Assembly: GCA_002104905.1 (NCBI GenBank)
Contig: MCFE01000337.1
Location: 28,247 to 92,246 of the forward strand
Source of the DNA: Basidiobolus meristosporus CBS 931.73
Lineage: Eukaryota; Fungi; Basidiobolomycota
Direction: 5' to 3'
Length of the DNA stretch: 64,000 nucleotides
Under the pieces are notes generated by a model. It was given only the letters and a program-made list of their open reading frames with translations, did not search any database and was not told the origin of the DNA. This document shows positions 14,042 to 29,366 of the stretch, piece by piece. The position numbers and the translations under genes were made by a program. The first letter of the stretch is position 1; each line of letters opens with the position of its first letter.

Positions 14042-14520
14042 TTACTGCTTTTGCTCAGCTTCAGGGGCAGCCTCTACTTTGGTTTGCTCGGTAGCTCCAC
14101 CGTTACCGTACAGAACTTCGTAGCGCTTACGGTTGGCTTCCTGAACCTGTTGCGCGCGGTTCTTTCTTTCAAAACCAGTCAAAGCAGCTTCAGAGCCGTT
14201 AGCAAATCCAGCGAGGGAAATGGCAATCAGCAACCAAGACTATGGGAATGCGAGTTAGTACCGGAAAACTGGACCAAAGAACATGTCGACGTAGCTAACC
14301 TTTTGTACAGTGGGGAGACGGTTGAAGTAAGGCCAGGTGGCGTTGGCGACAACTCCGGCAAAAGAGGCGACAGCGGCATACTTTACAGCACCAAAAAAGC
14401 CACTGCGATACAGAAAGGTAAGTAAACGCTCAAGGCTGGAGCCTAGCAATCGACGGATTCTTACCGGGTCATGGCAGAGTCGGTAACCTCCTCACCCTCG
14501 GTTCTAGTGACGACACGCAT
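14042..14520 (-). CDS. Small mitochondrial membrane protein, Rcf3/HIG1-like, 3 exons, about 118 aa
   Basis: Manual splicing gives MRVVTRTEGEEVTDSAMTR|GFFGAVKYAAVASFAGVVANATWPYFNRLPTVQK|SWLLIAISLAGFANGSEAALTGFERK..., two hydrophobic helices around a P-x-F-x-x-L linker as in fungal Rcf2/Rcf3-type proteins. Confidence 0.6.
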
Positions 14521-15244
14521 GTTGTGTATATAGAGAGAAGTATAAATGTAACAAAAATTACGAACGAACACTTCCGCCCTCAACTGAGCATTGTATTTAT
14601 AGTCAATCCGCCAGCCAGCGCTATTATCAATCCATGTCAGATTACCTAAATTAGGAGATAAACATGCTATTAGCAATCCATATTCTTTAAATGACTTCTT
14701 TTCTCGATTTCGGAGCCGTATTTGTCCCCATCGTCGTGAAGAACCACTGATCCCGGAGTCTGGACTTGACCGTTGCCTTATTTGTTCCGCATGGTCCTAA
14801 TTCACCCCTCCGTCTACTTTCGATTATTGGCGACAAGTGGTTTGCTTTTGAATAAGCTTTACCTTGGGCTCCTGTTGTGGCAAGTCAAGCCCTCCTAATT
14901 TGGATGACCGGAAATACCGTTTACCACCCCGAACCTGGTGAATGAGCTGCCCCACCGGGATCCCCACTAAACCCCACTCAGATTAGCTTCTCCCTCGATT
15001 GGACAAGCTGTCGATCGCTGGAGTGTTTCTGATATATAAATAATAAGCTACGAATCCGCGAAATATCGGGAAATTTGCTGTTGTTCGTGGGATTCCCCTA
15101 ATTCCCATTTTCCCGTAATTTCCTTTGATTGTTCTTGTCGTTGATCAAGTGCTGGCGATGTCAATACCCTCCTATAAACCGCATTCATTATACTCTGCAA
15201 CATAGTTATTGCTATCTTCCCCTCCCCCAGATATTTTTGGTGAC

Positions 15245-18200
15245 ATGGATTGGGAATTCGAATTAAAGGAGCTTCTTGACTTCTCCATATTAAAAGTGCT
15301 GGCGCGCACTACAGGCTCCACCCTATGCGAGGCACGGGACACCTGCACACAGGAAGTCAAATGGTTAAAGGCCTTTTCGTCAAGGCGGAATCTTAAAAGA
15401 GACCGGTTTTTTTCAGAGTCAATCATAAGGTCAGGTGGCGACAGTTTGGTTCCCACCCTACTTGATACCATCCATACTGAAGATGATGGCGATTTCCTCA
15501 TCCTTGAGCCGGCAGGGATTCCTTTAGACACATACAAACCAACCAGCCTCGAAGATTTCCTGTTAATGGCCATACGATGTTGTGACTGCTTGGAGAAGCT
15601 CCACTTGTTGGCGATTGTTCACGGAGGCGTGTGTAGGGAGTGCTTCTTGTGGGACGAGACAAAGGAGCAGTTGAGGATTTCGGATTTTTGCCACTCACGA
15701 ACCAATTCCGTACAAAGCCAACTGCACATTACTTCCACCATGATAGACAGAATCCAAAGTCGCTCCCCGCATAAAGCTCTGGACTTCACCAGTGACATAC
15801 TAGATTTAGGTAACTATTCTCTAAGAAAGTATTGCTCCACTGCTAGCTTTAGCCTTTTGACATTGACATAGGCGAGCCATTCTCTTTGCATAGGTTCGGC
15901 ATTGTTCAAGTTGCTGGTTAATGAACCCCAAGTCGTGGGCATGGATACCTTTGCCAAAACGGGTATCCGGGCATTCCTCGATCCACAACGATATCCAGTT
16001 GCACTGTCCGACTTGTTTGTCAAGTTACTGGTAAGCAGCAAGCAGCTCTCATGTTTGGCACGGGATATAAACGAGTGATTGAATTTGTAGTCGCCCACGA
16101 CAACCTACAAAAGCGTGACCGGCCTGAAAGCCGACCTGGATCGGATCCTCTCTGCCTGCAAGGATCCCAAGAAAACCAACCAAATCCCCCCTGAGCTGGG
16201 CAGATACGATTGCCCAGTTTCCTTGCAGCTCCCTAACAAACTGTATGGGCGCGAGGCGGAGAGGGCGCAGCTGAATACCATACTCGAAAGGATGAGTCAT
16301 CAAGTGCACGAAGGAAGCCAGTCCTCGGAGCTGGTGATTATCACCGGAGACCCAGGGATCGGCAAGACAGCCCTTGTCAACTCAGTACTAAACAAAGCGT
16401 GGAGGCAGGGTATCTTCGTGTCGTGTAGATGCAGGCGGCATTTCCCACTCGGAGCAATCACCCAGTGTTTGCGCAGCACCATCAAGAAGATCATCAAATA
16501 CTCCGACGAGGATCTACAAAGGCTACGGCTCTCGATCTTATCTCAGATCCCTAACAACATGAGACTGCTGCTGGATGACATCCCCGAGTTAAAGCTGGTC
16601 GTTGGCGTCCACCACCCGCCAGTGGAGCCTCTACCGCCCGCACAGGCCCATATGCGCTTCTGTATCACTTATCTCAAGCTTGTTCGCGCAATCACCAATC
16701 TGGAGATCAATCTGACCTGCTTTCTGGATAGACTGGAATGTGCTAGTCAGGCGACGCTGAGTTTGTTCTCGTTCTTGATGAGGAACAGTTGCGGACGCTT
16801 GCTGGTGATTGCCGCGAGAAGAGAGTCCGATAGAGAGAACCAATGGATCCGGGAGCTGCTCGAGTACGACGTCAAAGTCACCGAGATCCCGCTGAGGCCC
16901 TTAAGTACCCAGGATGTTCGAGAGTTTGTTGCTGACACGGTTTCGTTAAACACTAGCGCGGTAGAATCATTAGTCGCTAGCTGCTCTACCGCCGAAGGGA
17001 ATCCATTTGCGTTGACACAAATCCTGATCGCTTTGTATCGGGAGAAACGAATTCAGTTCAACCGTGCAAGCAGCCGATGGAGTTGGCAGTTGGATGCCAA
17101 CAGCAAAATCGTGGATTTCCTGGACGTTGACCTACTCGTACGCTGTTTGCGCAGCCTCAGCAAAGGCCTACAGACGTTGCTTGCTCATGCTTCTATCATT
17201 GGCTACAGCTTTACAGCCAACCTCTTGCACGCCCTGCTCAAGCCGCCGTATCCGCTGGAGGAAAATCTTCAGATCGCCCTTCGTGAGGGATTCATCAGAT
17301 ACGCCCCAGAAGAGGAGTGCTATTACTTCTTCCACGATATAGTTCAGGAAGCGTCCCAGAAGCTGTTGGACGAGGATGCCAAGAGCCAGCTTCACCTAAA
17401 CATCGGTCAATTGCTGTTAAAAGAGACGGGCACGAATGTGTTCCTGATTGCAGAGCACTTCACCTATGCCGCGGGGATCATCCGTCGTCTAGAGGATCGT
17501 GCAGATTACAAGCGATGCTTGGTGGCTGCGGGTGCGAAGGCCAAGTCTTTGGGTGCTCTGGAGAACTCTCTCATTTACTACCAGAAGGCCATTACACTGG
17601 TGGAGCCGCTTCCTCTTCGTGGCCATGCGGAAACCAACTCTTCCTACGAAGAGGCGTTTTCCTTGATGCTGGAGTGTGCAGAGATGTCCAGCGCATGCCA
17701 AGAATTCACAACGGCCTCCGAGATATTGAACCAGCTACTTCTCAAGGCAAGAAGCCTGACTCACAAATGTCAAGTGTACATACATATCTATCATATTCAA
17801 ATGGCAACAAATCAATTCGAAGATGGGGTTCAAACAATCCTGAATTGCCTCCGGGATTTCGGGTTCGATGTCGCACGGGACCCCAAGGATGCCAAGTTGG
17901 GCCCCTTACTGGAGGAGCTCCGATACTCGACACTTCTAGCCGACACCAGTGCATTGGAGGATCGCCTTAAATGGTGTGACGACCCTCAGATGTCGACGCT
18001 AATGGATTTCTTGGCCCCGGCTCTCTACTCCCCTTACATTTCCTGGCTCCGCCACATACACATTGCCATCAGCGCCATCATGGTACGCTTGACGCTGAAA
18101 CATGGGCTTAGCGCACATTCGTGTGAGGCGTTTGTGTACTTCGGTGCTCACTACGCGCATGTGTTTGAGAGCGGAGAGTTTGCGTATGAGTGCGGCAAGT

Positions 18201-21200
18201 TTGGAGTTCGGGTGGCCAAAAGGTTTGCCGGTCCCAACATCCAGGCCAAAGTGTATTTGGTGTTCGCCACGTTTTTGAACCACATGAAGAACGATCCCCA
18301 CGACGGCCTGACTTTGCTGAAAGAATCCCAGGAGCTCGCCTCGTCGGCCGGTAACTTGAAGATCTCTGCCTTGTCGTCGGGTATGGCAGCAACGAAGCAA
18401 TTCTTCCTGGGCCTTCCGCTTGGCGAGGTGCTCAAAAACGCCAGGGCTAGCAGCCTGGAGTTGTTGAAGGTACATCCAGACAATAATCTGACGTATGCCA
18501 TCACCAGCATCTCCAGACTGGTCTTGGCTCTACAGGGGAAGTGTATCCGAGGCTCAGCAAATCTAATCTTTGACGACGGCCAGTATTCGGAAGAAAACCT
18601 CCTTCGTGTCATAACGAGCGAGGCTAGATTTAACCGGTCCATGGTGTGGCACTCGCGAGTTCGTATCTTCGCATTCTACTTCTTAGGGTATTACCCAGAA
18701 GCCCTACAGGAAGCTCAGAGAAGTGAGGAGATCTCGGACAGTAACGAATCCATTGACAACTTCAAAAAGTGGGCCGTTAGCTTTCACTCGCTGACTCTGG
18801 CGGCGCTGATTCGCAAGGGTCAGCTCAATGATAACCAAGCAAAACAAGCTCTGGAGACCATACGGCAAAACCAGCTGACAACTCAGAAGTGGATCGTCCA
18901 CCAGGTGTATGGGCCACATACTACGCTCTTCTTGATTGTGGAAGCGGAGCTATATGCCTTGAATGGCGAGCCGATGAAAGCTCTGGATCTTTACGAGCAG
19001 GCAGCCCAACAGTCACGCCAGTTGAAGCTTGTCCACTACGAAGCATTATCCTACGAGCTATATGCCGAATTTCTTTTGCGTCGAGGTTACATCACCACCG
19101 GCATGATGATGTTGGAGCAATCCATCAAGACCTATAGTAAATGGGGAGCATACGAAAAAGCCCAACTGCTTCAGCGTATGCAAGACAATTGGGTCACTAG
19201 TCTGCCTGCACTCTCCAAAACCCCCAGCTCCGCCTCAGTGGCGTGCCAAACAGACGAGGCGCTAGAGGAGGATGACTCTTCTCGGTTTGCTACAAACGAG
19301 ATAGTGGCCACTCCTCCATCGCAACAGCCTTCCCCAGGCGGCAGAACGCTGACCGATTTCATAGAAACTCTGCAGCATCTCTCATCCGAGCTGGAGTATG
19401 AGCCGCTGATCCATCAAATCCTTGAACAGACTCCTCGCTTCGTCTCTATACACTCGGGCAGTCTGATCCTGTTGGACCAGGGAAAGCTAACTGTATCTGC
19501 TAGATGGGAACATGACGAGGGTGCGTTTCTGCTGAGCCCGGCCATCCCACACGATGACGTGAGTTTCGTATGCAGCGCTTTGGTAGACAAAGCCCTTGCA
19601 AGTAAATCGGTGGAGTTTTTTGACTATGACACAACCAACCCTCTGGAAAACGTATCCGCTAAGGTCCGCGAACACATAGACAGGAGGTCGGCTGGCAAGA
19701 AGTTCACCGCGGCGGTGTTCCCGCTGATTCACAAGAACACCCTGGTCGGCGCCCTCTACTTCGAAAACACCGCCCTCCCAGAGCCCGATTTGCAAGAGAT
19801 TGAGCAGCTATGCAAGCACATTGCGCTATGTCTGGTGAACGCGTCCCTCTTAAGAACCACGCAGCTCAAGTTGCGAGAAACCGAGCAAGCCAAGAACCAC
19901 TACCTCACCCTTGTGAATGCACTTCCATGTGTTGTGTGGATTGGCAACCGAGATGGCTCCAGTTGGTTTGTCAACGAGAAAGTCGAGGAAATCACCGGGG
20001 TTACCTCGAATCAGTTTCTGGGGTGGGGGTGGTCACAGTTCATTCACCCAGACGATATTGACTCGATGATGAGCAAGTGGCGATCATGCATCGCCAAGCT
20101 GCAAGCCTGCGAGTTGGAATTCCGAATGCTCTCGAGAGATGGTACATATAGGTGGGTGCTAGGTCGCCATGTCTGTGTCCGCGACACGTACGGAAAATAC
20201 ACATGGTACAGCATGTGGATGGATATCGACATCCACAAGCAAGCGTTGTACCATGTCGAGGAAGGCAAAAGACGCTACTCGTTGCTTTTGGAATGCATTC
20301 CTTGCCAGGTGTTTACTGCTCAGCCAGATGGGATCATTGACTACGTCAACTCATCATGGTGCAAGTACACCGGACAGAATATCCAGCAAGCCACCGCGTC
20401 AAACTGGACCAGTTGCATCCACCAGGATGATTTGAAGGCCCACCAGGAGCAGTATACTCAATGCCTGCAGAATGGACTGACGTTGGAGTGCGAGTGCAGA
20501 ATTCGTGGGGCCAGTGGAGCCTATCGCTGGTTCATCATCCGCGCCATGCCTTTGAAGGACTCTTGCGGTACGCTCATCAAATGGTTTGGCATGTGCACGG
20601 ACATTGACGAACAGAAGCAGCAGCAACGGCTAAAATCCAACTTCTTGGCGAACATGTCCCACGAGCTACGCACCCCATTCTCCGGGGTGATTGGGATGCT
20701 CTCCTTGCTTCTGGATACGTCTTTGAACAGCGAGCAACTTGAGTACGTGGAGATGTGCAAGCAGTCATGCGATGTGCTGATGCAAGTCGTGGACGACCTT
20801 CTGAATTTTTCGAAGCTCGAGGCGGGAAAGGTGGTGCTCGAGCAGCTACCGTTTCACGTAGAAGATCTTCTGGGAGATGTGTGCGAACTGCTGACCACCC
20901 TGGTAAGTAAAAAGAACCTTGAAGTTGCGTTCTATGTGGACCCCCGCATCCCGAGTACCTTAATTGGAGATGGAAATCGCCTGAGGCAAATCCTGCTCAA
21001 CCTCCTAGGCAACGCAATCAAATTCACCCCCAAGGGGTATATTGTGGTTCGATGCCACGTCGCTCAAGAGCCATCCCAGGACGGGGAGCTGGTGGTAAAG
21101 ATCGAGGTGGAGGATACCGGGATTGGTATGACCATTGAGGAACAGGCCTATCTGTTTCAACCATTTTCACAGGTCGACGGCAGCACCACACGGCTGTACG

Positions 21201-22252
21201 GCGGGACCGGACTGGGGCTATCCATCTGCTCGCAACTGGTCAAGCTGATGCATGGGCGCATTGGGGTGATCAGTCAGAAGGGGAAGGGCTCGAATTTCTG
21301 GTTTACAGCCACGCTTAAGCAAGAATCCGACGCTGTGTCCGTCGAGAACGCACCTGAAATCCTGCAACTCATCAGTCGGATCCACTCGCTCAAGGAGAGT
21401 CCCCGCTTTCTTATCAGCCTGCACCAGTCCATTGCCCCGATGATCACGAATTATCTCGGCCCGTTTGATTGTGTCACTTGTGAGAACGCACTGGAGATTT
21501 CGGAGGGAATCAACGCTGCCAAGGAGGCGAATCAGCCGTTTGACATTGTGATTTTGGATGCTGCAATGGACCAGGAGCAGTGGGAAATGCTCGTTGAAGC
21601 GAGTCTACTAGATGGGGTCAAGACGTTGGTGCTGACCTACCCATCGTCCGTAAAGATGGATGAAGAGGCCCCTAGCTTTAAGGGGCTGGAAATCCGCCGC
21701 ATCACCAAGCCAGTGAGGCGATCCAAGTTTCTCAAGTGTGTGGTCGATTTGTTTGATGGCAATTCGTCCCCCGATGGTGCGCAAACTTTGTCGACCGCCA
21801 CATCCAGCACCATGCCCGCCGAACCGAATACGGCGAATGAGCCCAATGGTGAAGGAACGATGCATGTCTTAGTGGCGGAGGACAACTTCATTGCACAACA
21901 GCTTATCACTCGAATGTTACAGAGGATGGGACACGACGTCACCGTGACCAACAATGGACTTGAGGTGGTAGACGTCTACAAGAGCCAGCCATACCTGTAT
22001 GCCTGTATATTCATGGACAAAATGATGCCCCTCTGCGACGGATATGAAGCTACTCGCAGAATCCGCGCTTTCGAGAGCGAAAGCAGCATAACCCGCAGAA
22101 TACCCATTGTTGCCTTGACTGCGGATGCCCAGTCCAAAACCAAGAAGGAATGTCTGGGGGTAGGAATGGATATGTGGCTGACCAAACCCTGTGACAAGAA
22201 GAACCTCATGAGAGTGCTGGCCGAGGTGGCAGCCCTTCAACCGGAGTTGTAG
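15245..22252 (+). CDS. Group X hybrid histidine kinase (kinase-like domain, AAA/P-loop, GAF, 2 PAS/PAC, HisKA, HATPase_c, receiver), Chk1/Mak2/Mak3-like
   Basis: P-loop GDPGIGKT; two PAS/PAC units (FIHPDD, CIHQDD); H-box NMSHELRTP; N-box [11 protein letters not shown]; G-boxes DTGIG and GGTGLGL; receiver FMDKMMP...KP. Two short introns near 15810-15870 and 16030-16090. Confidence 0.93.
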
Positions 22253-22490
22253 TGCCTTACTATAGAGCTGATCAATAGAGCGTTTCTGTACAGACATCAA
22301 TACCCATATCATATATCCAAGTCATGTAAACTAATGTAAATAAAATCCGTCCAAATGAATGATTAATCGAGATCATTCACCAAATCGACCTGCTTGACTC
22401 GGAAAAAAAAAAGAAAAAGAAAATTCAGGAGGATCCTCATCAGTGGTAAATGCCGAATTGTGGTACTCCTGTTGTTCGCCTTCTATAGAC

Positions 22491-23965
<1,475 letters not shown>

Positions 23966-24089
23966 TCAATTCCCTATAGCTCACCTATCTTAGACGCATT
24001 CTGATACATTTGTTATATAAAGAAGTCCGGTTGGGTTGAATATATCGGCAACTAATACAATATCCTTTATTAAGAGTTATATCCCCCGG

Positions 24090-27000
24090 TTACCTGTAGT
24101 AACGTTGGTGAATGGGATCATCCTGAGGCAGATGGTGGTAACGGCCTGCTGGAGGCTTAGGTAATGGTCGACTGTAGGGTGTGTACATTGGCATTTGCAT
24201 TGGTTGACTGGATTGAGGCATTGGTGGTGGGGGTTGTGGTCGAGCCATGGGTGTTGGTGTGGCATAAGGGTGAGGATTAGAAGAGTAAATGTTCGGGTTC
24301 ATGTTGGGGGTAGAAGTCATCCTCGTAGCATTGGAGCGGGGATGATTTGGCATGTAGTGCATTGGGTCTGGGAACGTATCAGGGGAATCTCGAGCATAAT
24401 CCGTAGTGAGTGGTGCAGGGTATGCCTGGGGCATGTATACATCAGGCATTGGAATCCCTGCACCTGGGTCATACTGGGCCTGAAAGGGGTAGACAGCGTC
24501 AATCGCACCTGGGCGCTGAGTCTTTGGGGGAAGGGGTTTAGGTGGAGGAGTAGGCTTGGGCCTAGGAGGATGGTTGTATGACGAATTTGAGGCTACATTA
24601 GACGTGGTAAAAGAGCTTATCGAAGGGTAGTTCACTGGCTTTTTAGGCAGAGGTGGACGGTACTCCTCTGATCTTGTGCTGTTGTAAGCAGATCTGCTGC
24701 GGTTTTCGGGTGGCCGGTTCTGGTCTTCGTTGCCTCGATTCCCGCTAAAACTAGCGTAAACTCGCTGGTTTTCCAATCGAGGATGGACCGGTAATGGAGG
24801 TGGAGAGGGTGATGGTGATGGATATGATTCAACATGTTGAGGAATATGAATCGAGTTGAGGTTTCCTGGACGATTTTCGGTAGTCGCATTGCTTGTCACT
24901 GATGTCTTGTAGTCAGGACCATTTGAAGAACCCCCGCTTAGCATGGGGTCCGGAAGAGCACTACGTGGCCGGGGGCGTTGCGAGTGCCTAGTCAACACAT
25001 TTGCACTACCCGATTCAGCAGAATGATTTCTACCTGAAAGATCCGATTGCGGAGGTCGGGGATTATTGGGCGTAACAATGGGTGGCGATTTCGAGGCTTC
25101 CCGAGAAACGAGCACCTGCTCTGGCTCCACTTCTCTAGACTTTGGAGAAACACCTCGAGACAATGAGGCAACACCCTGGCCGGATGATTTTGCATCCTTC
25201 ACATTCTTTGGATCATGGGTGCCTTGAGCCGCACTCGTATCGATTGGTGTCGATATTGTCACTGGAGCTGTAGGTTTTCTATGCGACGTAGACTCGTCGT
25301 TGCTGCTGGGCTTAGAGATCGAGGCCACGCTTACGGTAGACTCCTCCGCAATATGAGGTTGAGTTACAGCCGGTGGTGGGGCTTGTATCTTGGGGATTGA
25401 AGTTGATGAAGTAACGGGGTTAGGAGCTGCCCCTGCAGGAGGCTTGGATGTCTCCGACGCGCTTGGAATAGATACATCTCTTTTGCAGGTCGGGGTGGGA
25501 ATCCGTTTGTTTTCGCTTAGGACTGATGGTGGAGGTGGAGATGGAGATGACTTGCGTACTACTGTTGGCTCAGGAGGGAAGGAGGATTCTGAATTCGCAG
25601 AGGATAGCGGTGCAGGTGACTGAGACTTAGGGATAACCAGTGACCTAGGGATTTGCACCGTTTGTGCGTTCGGGGACCAGGATAGGCGTTGTTCTGAGCT
25701 GATGCTGCTAACGCTGAGACTTCGCATGCCGGTAACAATCTCGCTCTGCTCCACCTGGGTTTTCAGTGTTCGCAAAGAATCCAAAAAGCCCCATGGAGGC
25801 AGAACATGTGTGGAGCCAATGATCACCTCTCTGTTCAATTCTTTCGAGATTTCGTACACCGACCTCATCTCTGAATGGGTCATGCCGCCGATCATAAACA
25901 GGATGATCCGCCCCTTCTGGTTGACGCTCTCCCCTAAGGTGCCTTTCTTCCTCTTGGTCCATTTCGGGGCCTGATGACGAAATACCTGGGCATTGGCACC
26001 CTGCCCATTTGCTCCACCTCCGTGATGATTGCTGGTCATAATGGGGAACATGTCCGGTGGAAGGGTATTTTGAACAAGATTCTCCACGATTTGTTTGACC
26101 ATTGGGACGTACCGAGCAATCATCAGGAAGTCCGTTGGTTCCTTGAAAGTTTTCAGCTTTTTGCTCAAGGTGCTTCCTTTCTTACTGCTCTTGTTCAGTT
26201 TCACGCCCAGCCGATCTAGGCTTTGGATCGCGGCACTATCCTTCTTGTTCAAGTCCAACTGCGCATGAAAATTGATCTCTTGCCAAGTTTCTTCGCGCAA
26301 GCCGTCCTTCGATAAGATGTAGAGGATCAAAATCCGCAACTTGTTGTCGGGACTGATCGACGGATCATCAAGGACAGGCACTATCTCGTCCACCATGTGC
26401 TTGGAGGCTTCGCCATTCTCACGCACGCCCGTAGCCAGATCCTAGCAAGTCAAGAAGATTAGATTTGGGTGAATCGGCTCGAGAGCGCTCCTTACCTGCT
26501 CCAACAGGGCAAGTCTCTCGATATCTAGCTTGGTAAATAGCTCCGTGCACTCCAGCGAAAGTGACATGTGCAGTGAACATTTCTCCTTGATATCCTGGTA
26601 TTCCGGGAGTGAATACAAAGTCTCTCGAAGCTGCCGTAACTTGGCGCTTGCACTCATATCGGGATTGTTGACCATCTTCTTGTTCCCCAGCTTGGTGATT
26701 TTCGCGACCAGGCCTTGAACACACTGGTCAAAAGGGACGTGTCGGTACTCAACCCAGATAGGGTCATCCTCATTCAACGCCCCCTCCTTGTCGATTTCGG
26801 CGCCTTGGGCATCAATGTACTTGTAGGTGTAGGTAGCCTCTTCTGGCAAACACATCAAATCGTGGACTATCGCTTGGTAAGTGACTTCATGCAGCAAGGG
26901 TGCCCGAAGATCTACCGTGCGATCCAGCACGAGCAAGGTGGCCCGGGGTTGACGAGGGTCGATGGTCTAATGGAAATGGTCAGCAGGAGCTTGATTTGTC

Positions 27001-28013
27001 GGCTGGCTGTCTCCCTCACCTGTAGGTATTGCTTTCCACGCTGCAGTGAATCAAACTCCTCTTGCACCAGCTCGGCCAAGTCATAGGAAAGCTCGGTGGT
27101 GTTCAATTCCCCATCAGGCTTGTAATATTTAATGATCGGGTTTTCGCCCAGAGCCACATTCAACGACACAATCTAGGCAGCTTCGTTAATCCACCAGCTT
27201 CAGATCTTTGCTACCAGAGCATACGTACTTTCTTGGCCATGTCTTTGAGGATCAGGTGCCTGTTCTTAGTGGGAGTCGTGGAGTATAATTCGGATATGGC
27301 GTGTGGTGTTTTGGTCGTGAATACCTGTGCTTCAGGCACTGATTGGCAATGATGTTAGCGCGGGACGAGGGGCCTTTATGTGCACGAAGACCGTACCAAA
27401 GAAGTCCACAAAGTATTCTACAATATTCTGGATATACGAGGCCGCCGGTGACTGGGTTAAATACTGATACATATCATCACCAAGCTCTACATAGAAATCC
27501 AGTTACGATCTTGACTGGATTGTGTGTTCTCGAGATTGGTTACCTGTAGTGAAATATAAATATGCTCCTCCGTAGAGAGGGCCAGCATGCAATTTACTGC
27601 CTTCTGTAAAATCCTTCACTAGGCATTCAATCGATTCCCAAGTTGGGGTAATGAGATATAAGACGTCGACCTCTGGAAATCCATTTCTGGGTAATTCTAG
27701 CTTCTCGTACACTATCCAAAGTTAAGGTTAGTAGCCAGATAGTACTGTCCCCAATCGAACGGAGGCACCCACGTGACACTTCAGTTAGAAACAAATCCTT
27801 CTGCTCAACACACGCGTCTAAATAGGTCCTGGCAGCTTCATCCACAACCAAAATGCGCCCCATCTTTGGAGCAGGCAATGAATTGACCATGTCAAGAAAT
27901 CCTAATAGAAACAACAAACATTTAGCCCATCGACATCTTCCCTGTTGCGCGAGGAAGGAGTATTGTAGGAAAAGACTCACGCTGCCTGAGCATTCGGCGG
28001 ATAGAAAAACCAT
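24090..28013 (-). CDS. SEC1: Sec1/Munc18 family protein with a long Ser/Pro-rich C-terminal tail, multi-exon; start approximate
   Basis: RILVVDE; DVLYLITPTWES; LLTISIR/LVLDRTVDLRAPLLHEVTYQAIVHDL; NKLRILILYI; ARYVPMVKQIVE; RIILFMIGGMTHSEMRSVYEIS...EVIIGSTH. Confidence 0.9.
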
Positions 28014-29366
28014 GGTTGGTTTGTTCTAACATTTTTGAGCAAAGTTAAGTGAAAGAGTAGCAAACCAAGTCCAAGAGCAGTCGTCTTTATGTTCGATATG
28101 GTACTTCGGCGCGAATTTAATCTGGATTCTTGGCTTTGTTAGACAAATCAACCCACATTCGAGACCTGGCGCTGGTAATCATATAGGATGTGCCAAACTT
28201 TATTTATTAGTAAACATGGAGTAGATTCTATTGGATCTGCAATCTTCAGATTCATTTATATTGTCCTACTGTGTACGACGGCATACCATGAATGAATTAA
28301 CTGCAATGGCTTGCTGATCGTGCTCATCTCCCTTGGTACCGGTTGCCATTATTTCGCTTTGTGTTAGGGGCTTTGTTCTGTGATTGATGGGTGGTGCCAA
28401 CTCTCTACATCAAGATACTGTAACATTTATTTATTTACTTTGAAGAAATTGCTATTTCTTGTCTTTTGTACTTGCAGAGTTCCCGCACAAACAAGAATAC
28501 TTCATCCCAGCTTCATGGTGGTATGTGGCGACTGTTTAGTTTATACCCAAATTACTCATATATCCCAAGTTTGTATTTATCTTCTAGCAAAGTTGTGTTA
28601 TTTACTTAGGATTCAGTTCGTAAGATATTAGCTGATTCTTTCAATTAGTGAGGTCCTGAAAGTTGTAAAATGCTCAAACTCATCCAAAAGGCCCCAATAT
28701 TTGTACATCACTTCCTGAGACCCTTCTGACACCCTTATCATTAGTTTGTGACATTCTTCCAAAAGTATAAATACTGCAATTGAACTCAATAAAGCAAGTG
28801 AGTATCATGCAATTCTTCTAGTTCTCTAAATCACTTTCAATACTTGTCAGAATATTGAAATATGGTAAACTTATCCACAATTTTACAAAGATAATAAATG
28901 AAATCAAGAAAGGAAGTTCATGTAAAAATGGGGGTTTTCTTTCGTTTGCAGTAAGCTTAGTTCCAATAACCGTTGGTGAAATTTCTAACAGCTTTTGCTA
29001 AACATCAACCACGCGTATAACAGTTGCATAACAACTAATTTGTGATGGATCCGTTATCCTTCGAAAATCAAATTCTATATTTTGTCCAGCGAAATATTGA
29101 TCCCGGAAGAGCTTTGGCATTCAATACTATCCAAAATGAGATAAATTGATATCGCAATATTGGGCAACGGTTGAACTATAAGGAACAGTATATAATAACG
29201 CGATGTTTTGCTTAAAACTCGAAAATACAACGGCAAGGATCTTTCACATTAATACTGTTAGGTTGCCCAAAGAAACATTCATGATTAATTAAAATGCTAT
29301 TGCTTTTATTTTACATCCTATTTATACTAATGTTACAATCAGGAAAACACCTTCTGGCACTTCCTA

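Noticed and set aside
28560-28860. Possible decayed coding relic on the minus strand (YKYWGLLD; VQILGPFG)
   Set aside because: Stops in every frame and only brief motif resemblances.
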